A stretch of DNA of 64,000 bases. Source: Malacoraja senta (lineage: Eukaryota). Positions 59,330 through 64,000 of the stretch are shown one piece after another (position 1 is the stretch's first letter; every line of letters begins with the position of its first letter). The position numbers and the translations under genes are program-made. The stretch is taken from the NCBI GenBank assembly GCA_038087875.1, contig CM075989.1, forward strand, positions 682,001-746,000, read 5' to 3'. The notes under the pieces were generated by a model. That model had not been told where the DNA came from. It did no database searches and was given only the letters and a program-made list of their open reading frames with translations.

Positions 59330-62300
59330 AAATCACCTGATAAAAAGACGTTTAGACCTCCTGACAGTCTGCATGACAGAGCGAGAGGGAATACGGTAGA
59401 GAAAGTGGGGGGTAGGGTTAACGTAGTAGTGAATTAGGGGGTAGAGGGTGGAAGAGTGAGCTGGGGAGAGTTATAGATTGTCATCGAAAGGGAGAATTAG
59501 CAAGAATTAGTTAGGAAGTTACAGTAAGTTAGGGGAGTCATGTAGTGATGGGAGAAGGTGGGAAGCCCAGGGAGAGGGCAGAGGTTAATAGAAAGAGAGG
59601 GGTCGAGTAAGTGTTGATCGGTACTGAGTAAGTTGTGGCAAGATGTGCGGAAGTTTGTATTAGAACGAGTGGGGAAGCTGTCGGGGAGTTGAAGGGTGTT
59701 TGAGAGGGGAGGAGTGGGAGTACTCGCTCTGTCTGCGGAACTGCTGGTGGTAGTAACAAATTGCTTTAAGTCTACTGATTTTGAATTGGCTATTTATTTG
59801 ACATCTCAATTTATGTAAGCTAGTCAATAAGTTCTATATATTAATCTAATTATCAAATATTCATCTAGTATTCACTGTATAAAATGATCCCTAATTTGTT
59901 GGAAATCTGGCTGCCCAGATGAAATTATATACTAACCTTCCTCTTTTTTTGCTATATTCTGTTCTGTTCAGTCCTTTCTTTTTACAATTCTGTAAGGAGC
60001 GGAGCTATTTGTAATTAACATCTACGGAAGTTTACAAGTTTACACCCACAGCATGCCTATATACAGTGATTTTTTACATTTTTTTTCATTTTTTAGCTTG
60101 TCTACTGCACTCTTTATCTATCCTTTTTTAAGGCACTTTGTCTGCAGGGGCTTGGAATTGGGCTCACCCAACCAGCAACGAAAAGTCTAATTTTAAATAT
60201 TGTGTTACTCCATTTGAAACAAGGGAAACCATGTAAGCTTTAATGCAAGATGATCATTCTAGGGAAACTGGAGGAATCACCTATTGTAGTTGGAATGTTA
60301 GGGGCGTTAATGAGCCAATTAAAAGGGGTAAGTTCTTAGCCCATTTCAAAATCTATTAATACTGATATAATATTTTTACAGGAGACGCATCTTAAGGATG
60401 GAGCTTATAACAGGCTGAAGGCTAACTGGATTGGTCAATTATATCATTCTACTTTCCTCTCTAAAGCTAGCAATCATAATTCGTAAAGGCACACCTTTCA
60501 ATCACAAAGCCACCATAGCCGATAAGGAGGGTAGGTACATTATAGCATCTAGGGAGTTATATTCAATCCCACTTACTATGGTGAATATCTACGCCCCTAA
60601 TTTTGACAACCCACAATTTTTTAATAAAATAATTAACATAATCTCAGACTCCACCCAGCAAAATCTGATAATTGGAGGAGACTTCAATTGTGTACTGGAC
60701 CCATATCTGGATAAATCTTCACAGCAAAGGAGATATAATACTAAATCAAAATCCAGTGAACTTCTAAACACTTACAAAAAATATACCAACATAACCGATG
60801 TATGGAGGATTGCTAATCCATCTGGAAGAGAATATTCTTTTTATTCAGCTGTTCACAAAATGTATACACGTATTGATTATTTTCTGGTGGACACAAAATG
60901 GATCCCTTTTACAATTAATCCCAAATATCATAATAATATTATTTCCGATCATTGACCATTAACATTCTCCTTAAAATTAGAAGGAATGCATAACAAAAAA
61001 ACGTTCTGGAGATTTAATCCACAAATATTTACAGACCCAGGTTGTTGTGAGTATCTGAAGCAACAGATGGAACTATTTTATGAGACCAATGTCACACCTG
61101 GTATGTCGGCCTCTTTATTATGGGAATCTTTTAAGGATTTTATCAGAGGTTCTAATATTTCATATCAAGCTTATCAAAATTAAAAAAAAACAGGTTGGAA
61201 CAATTGGAATTAGAAGAACAGATTAAACAGCTTGATTTAGAAAATGCTACTGATCCATCTATTGTCACACACAATGAGATAGCAGTATTAAAATTCGAGT
61301 TAAATCAAATTCTTTCCGCAAAAGTTATTAAGTTATTTCAATATACGAAGCAAAAAAACTTTGAATTTGGTGATAAACCGCATAAACTTCTGGCACGTCA
61401 GCTGAGAAAAATGGAAAAAGATCACACCATTCAAAAAATTAGCTCAAAAAAGGTGAGCTGCTTACACTCCCTAAAGATATCAATGAAAGATTTTTAGAAT
61501 TCTATCAAAATTTATACACATCTAAAACTTCAGTAGAAACCATACAGATTAAAATCTTCCTTGACAATTGCAACCTTCCGTCACTTAATGTGGTGGAAGG
61601 AGAAGAATTAGGAGCGGAGATTACAGTAAAAGATATTGAAGAGACTATTAAATCACTGAATAATGGCAAAAATGCCAGGCCCAGATGGGTTCAGTAATGA
61701 ATTCTATTAAAAAAATCATGAATTAATTTCCCCTCGTTTACGAGCCCTTTATATTGTAGCGGCCTGAACGAGGTCAGTATAAGACCAGACGCCAGACGGG
61801 TTCAATTAGCAGACTTTAATGCTTACAATGAGAGCACCCCACACACACACCTCGAGAGCACTAAATCCAGGGTCGACTGGAAACCCCGTGGCAGAACAGT
61901 CCCCTGTCCTTCACTCGGCGAGGGGGATGATCCAAGGAGTGGCTTACCCCCCAGGGACCGCCACAATATACACGCATTTAAAGAACAGACATTACCACAA
62001 ACTTTAGCCGAATCAGCTATTACATTGATACCCAAAAAAGACAAAGATCTTGAAGAGCCAGGATCATATAGAGCAATCACTCTTTAAATACAGACCAGAA
62101 AATATTAGCTAAAACCCTGGCATGAAGACTAAGTAAGTACATCAGTAAATCAATACACTCTGATCAAACTGGGTTTATACCTAAGAGACATTCGTTCAAT
62201 AACTTGAGATGCTTGTTTAATATAATGTACTCATACAGAACGATAAACAAAGATTTATCAATTATTTCTTTAGACGCAGAAAAAGCATTTGACCAAGTAG

Positions 62301-62992
62301 AATGGGAATATCTCTTCACAGTATTGCAAAAATTCCAACTAGGAAAAAATGTTATTTCATGGATAAAGTTGTTATTTAACAATCCGACTGCCAGAATACT
62401 GACTAATCAAACTCTGTCACCTAAATTTCAATTATCCAGCGGCAATAGACAAGGGTGTGCTTTATCACCAATATTATTTGCCCTTGCTATAGGGTGCCCT
62501 TAGCTGAAAGTACAAGAGTACATCCGGGCATTCATGGTTATAATACTAAATATACTAATAATAAGATTTTGTTATATGCAGCCGATGTACTTTTATATAT
62601 TACCAACTCCCAAGTCAGTATCCCAAATATATTAAACCTCATAGAACAATTCGGCTCCTTCTCAGGGTATAGAATAAACTGGAACAAAAGTGAAATTATG
62701 CCGATAAAACCTGAAAAATTTAAATATCTTGGAGTCTACATGATTAGAAAATATCCCTCTTTATTTCAAGCAAATTTTCCACCATTAATCACCAAATTAA
62801 ATGTCCTTATACAATTTTGGAAAACACTTCCGATTTCCCTTATAGGTAGAGTAAATGCCATAAAGATGATTTTCCCTCCACAACTCCTGTACCTATTTCA
62901 ATCAATACCGATTTTCCTCCGTAAAAACTTTTTTTTTTTTAAATCGACTCTGTCATTACAAACTATATCTGGGATTATAAAACTCATAGAAT
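59330..62992 (+). mobile_element. Second, degenerate L1 (spacer + ORF2 from 60243)
   Basis: MQD..SWNVRG, GDFN, RIDY, SDH and DAEKAFD motifs; many stops; the left boundary is approximate. Confidence 0.88.
61755..61965 (-). mobile_element. Solo LTR (Gypsy-like), 211 bp
   Basis: TGTAGCGG...CCGCCACA termini, 4-bp TSD atat (61751-61754 / 61966-61969), ATTAAA on the minus strand; interrupts L1 ORF2. Confidence 0.85.
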
Positions 62993-64000
62993 TCTTTTTT
63001 TAAATATTTTTTTTTAATTTAGAAGTATTGTACAATGCAATAATCTCAAACAAACATAAAATTATACATTTCTTGTACCACTTCTTATTTTAAACTTTAA
63101 TAAGAAAAAAGATAGAGAGAATTAGCAGAGATAGTGAGTGAGTGATTGAAAAAGTGGTCCAGGGAAACCTGTAGGGACCTAAACCACAAGAAAGAGTTAA
63201 ACAACAACAAAAATAGACAAAGGAAGGAAAAAGAAACAAAGTAAGATAAGATAAGACAAGATAAAAGTGGATGTACCTACTTCATATCTTTACTCACCCC
63301 TCACCAGGTCCTGAAACCATTTATTTTCAACATTTTGTTGCACCCTATATTTGTAATAAGTCGATAAATGGAGACTAAATCTTTTGGAAATGGTCTGGTT
63401 TACCTGCTAAGAGGAATCTCATATCTTCTAGGTGTAACAGATCCGACATATAAGAAATCCACATTTTTATCGTTGGTGTGGGAGCGTTTTTCCAGAATTT
63501 CAGTATGTTTTTTGGCCATTATTATACCGTAATTAAGGAAGCTCTTTTGAAATGAAGTCAGCTCCAAACTGGCTTCGATTGTTCCAAAAATGATCAATTC
63601 TGCATTCGGTTTCAGTTTTATTTTAAATAATTTCGTAAAAATTTCAAAGATTTCATTCCAAAATTCTTGAATTTTTATACAAAAAACAAAAGAATGTGCT
63701 ATAGTTGCTTCTTGGGTTAGACATTTATCACAGATGGAAGAGACATTTGGATAACATTTACTTATTTTAGCTTTTGAGTAGTATAGTCTGTGTAAAATTT
63801 TGAATTGAATTAGAATGTGTCTTGCATTAATCGAGCATTTATGCACATATAACAAGTGTTTATCCCAACTCTCTTTCGAGATTTTTATAGCTAATTCTTG
63901 TTACCAATCTCTTCTAATCATATCAGATGGTATTTCTATATTTAGGATGGTATTATACAAGTATGATATTAAATTAATTGATTCCGCCTTTATATTCATT
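62993..64000 (-). mobile_element. L1 3' end, antisense, inserted into the previous L1
   Basis: QFKILHRLY..CDKC..H..C domain on the minus strand; T-rich tail at 62993-63015. Confidence 0.9.

Noticed and set aside
62993..64000. Twin-priming inversion of a single L1
   Set aside because: The poly(A) tail sits at the junction, which fits a separate antisense insertion.

Overview
Eukaryotic (vertebrate) genomic DNA, most likely a cartilaginous fish such as a skate or ray. This is inferred from HE1-like V-SINEs, HER1/CR1-like LINEs and the Siglec style; it was not checked against a database. The one host gene is an intact 7-coding-exon Siglec-like receptor on the + strand (16750-35189, 439 aa): signal peptide, V-set domain with the essential Arg, two C2-type Ig domains, a neutral TM and a tail with two non-canonical IYAN tyrosine motifs. 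A ~95% identical TM exon of a tandem paralog lies at 3557-3668, upstream of a 200-N assembly gap. Most of the rest is transposon-derived. It includes many CR1 copies, two antisense DIRS1 tyrosine-recombinase retrotransposons in Siglec introns, a full-length L1 with a 16-bp TSD inside a four-level nest, and a Penelope element plus short Penelope-derived pieces with hammerhead-like cores. It also holds a hAT element (12-bp TIR, 8-bp TSD), a Harbinger remnant, non-autonomous Helitron-like elements (one carrying a 48-bp satellite), a solo LTR, and one SINE that looks teleost-like. No prokaryotic features, CRISPR arrays, rRNA genes or true tRNA genes were found.
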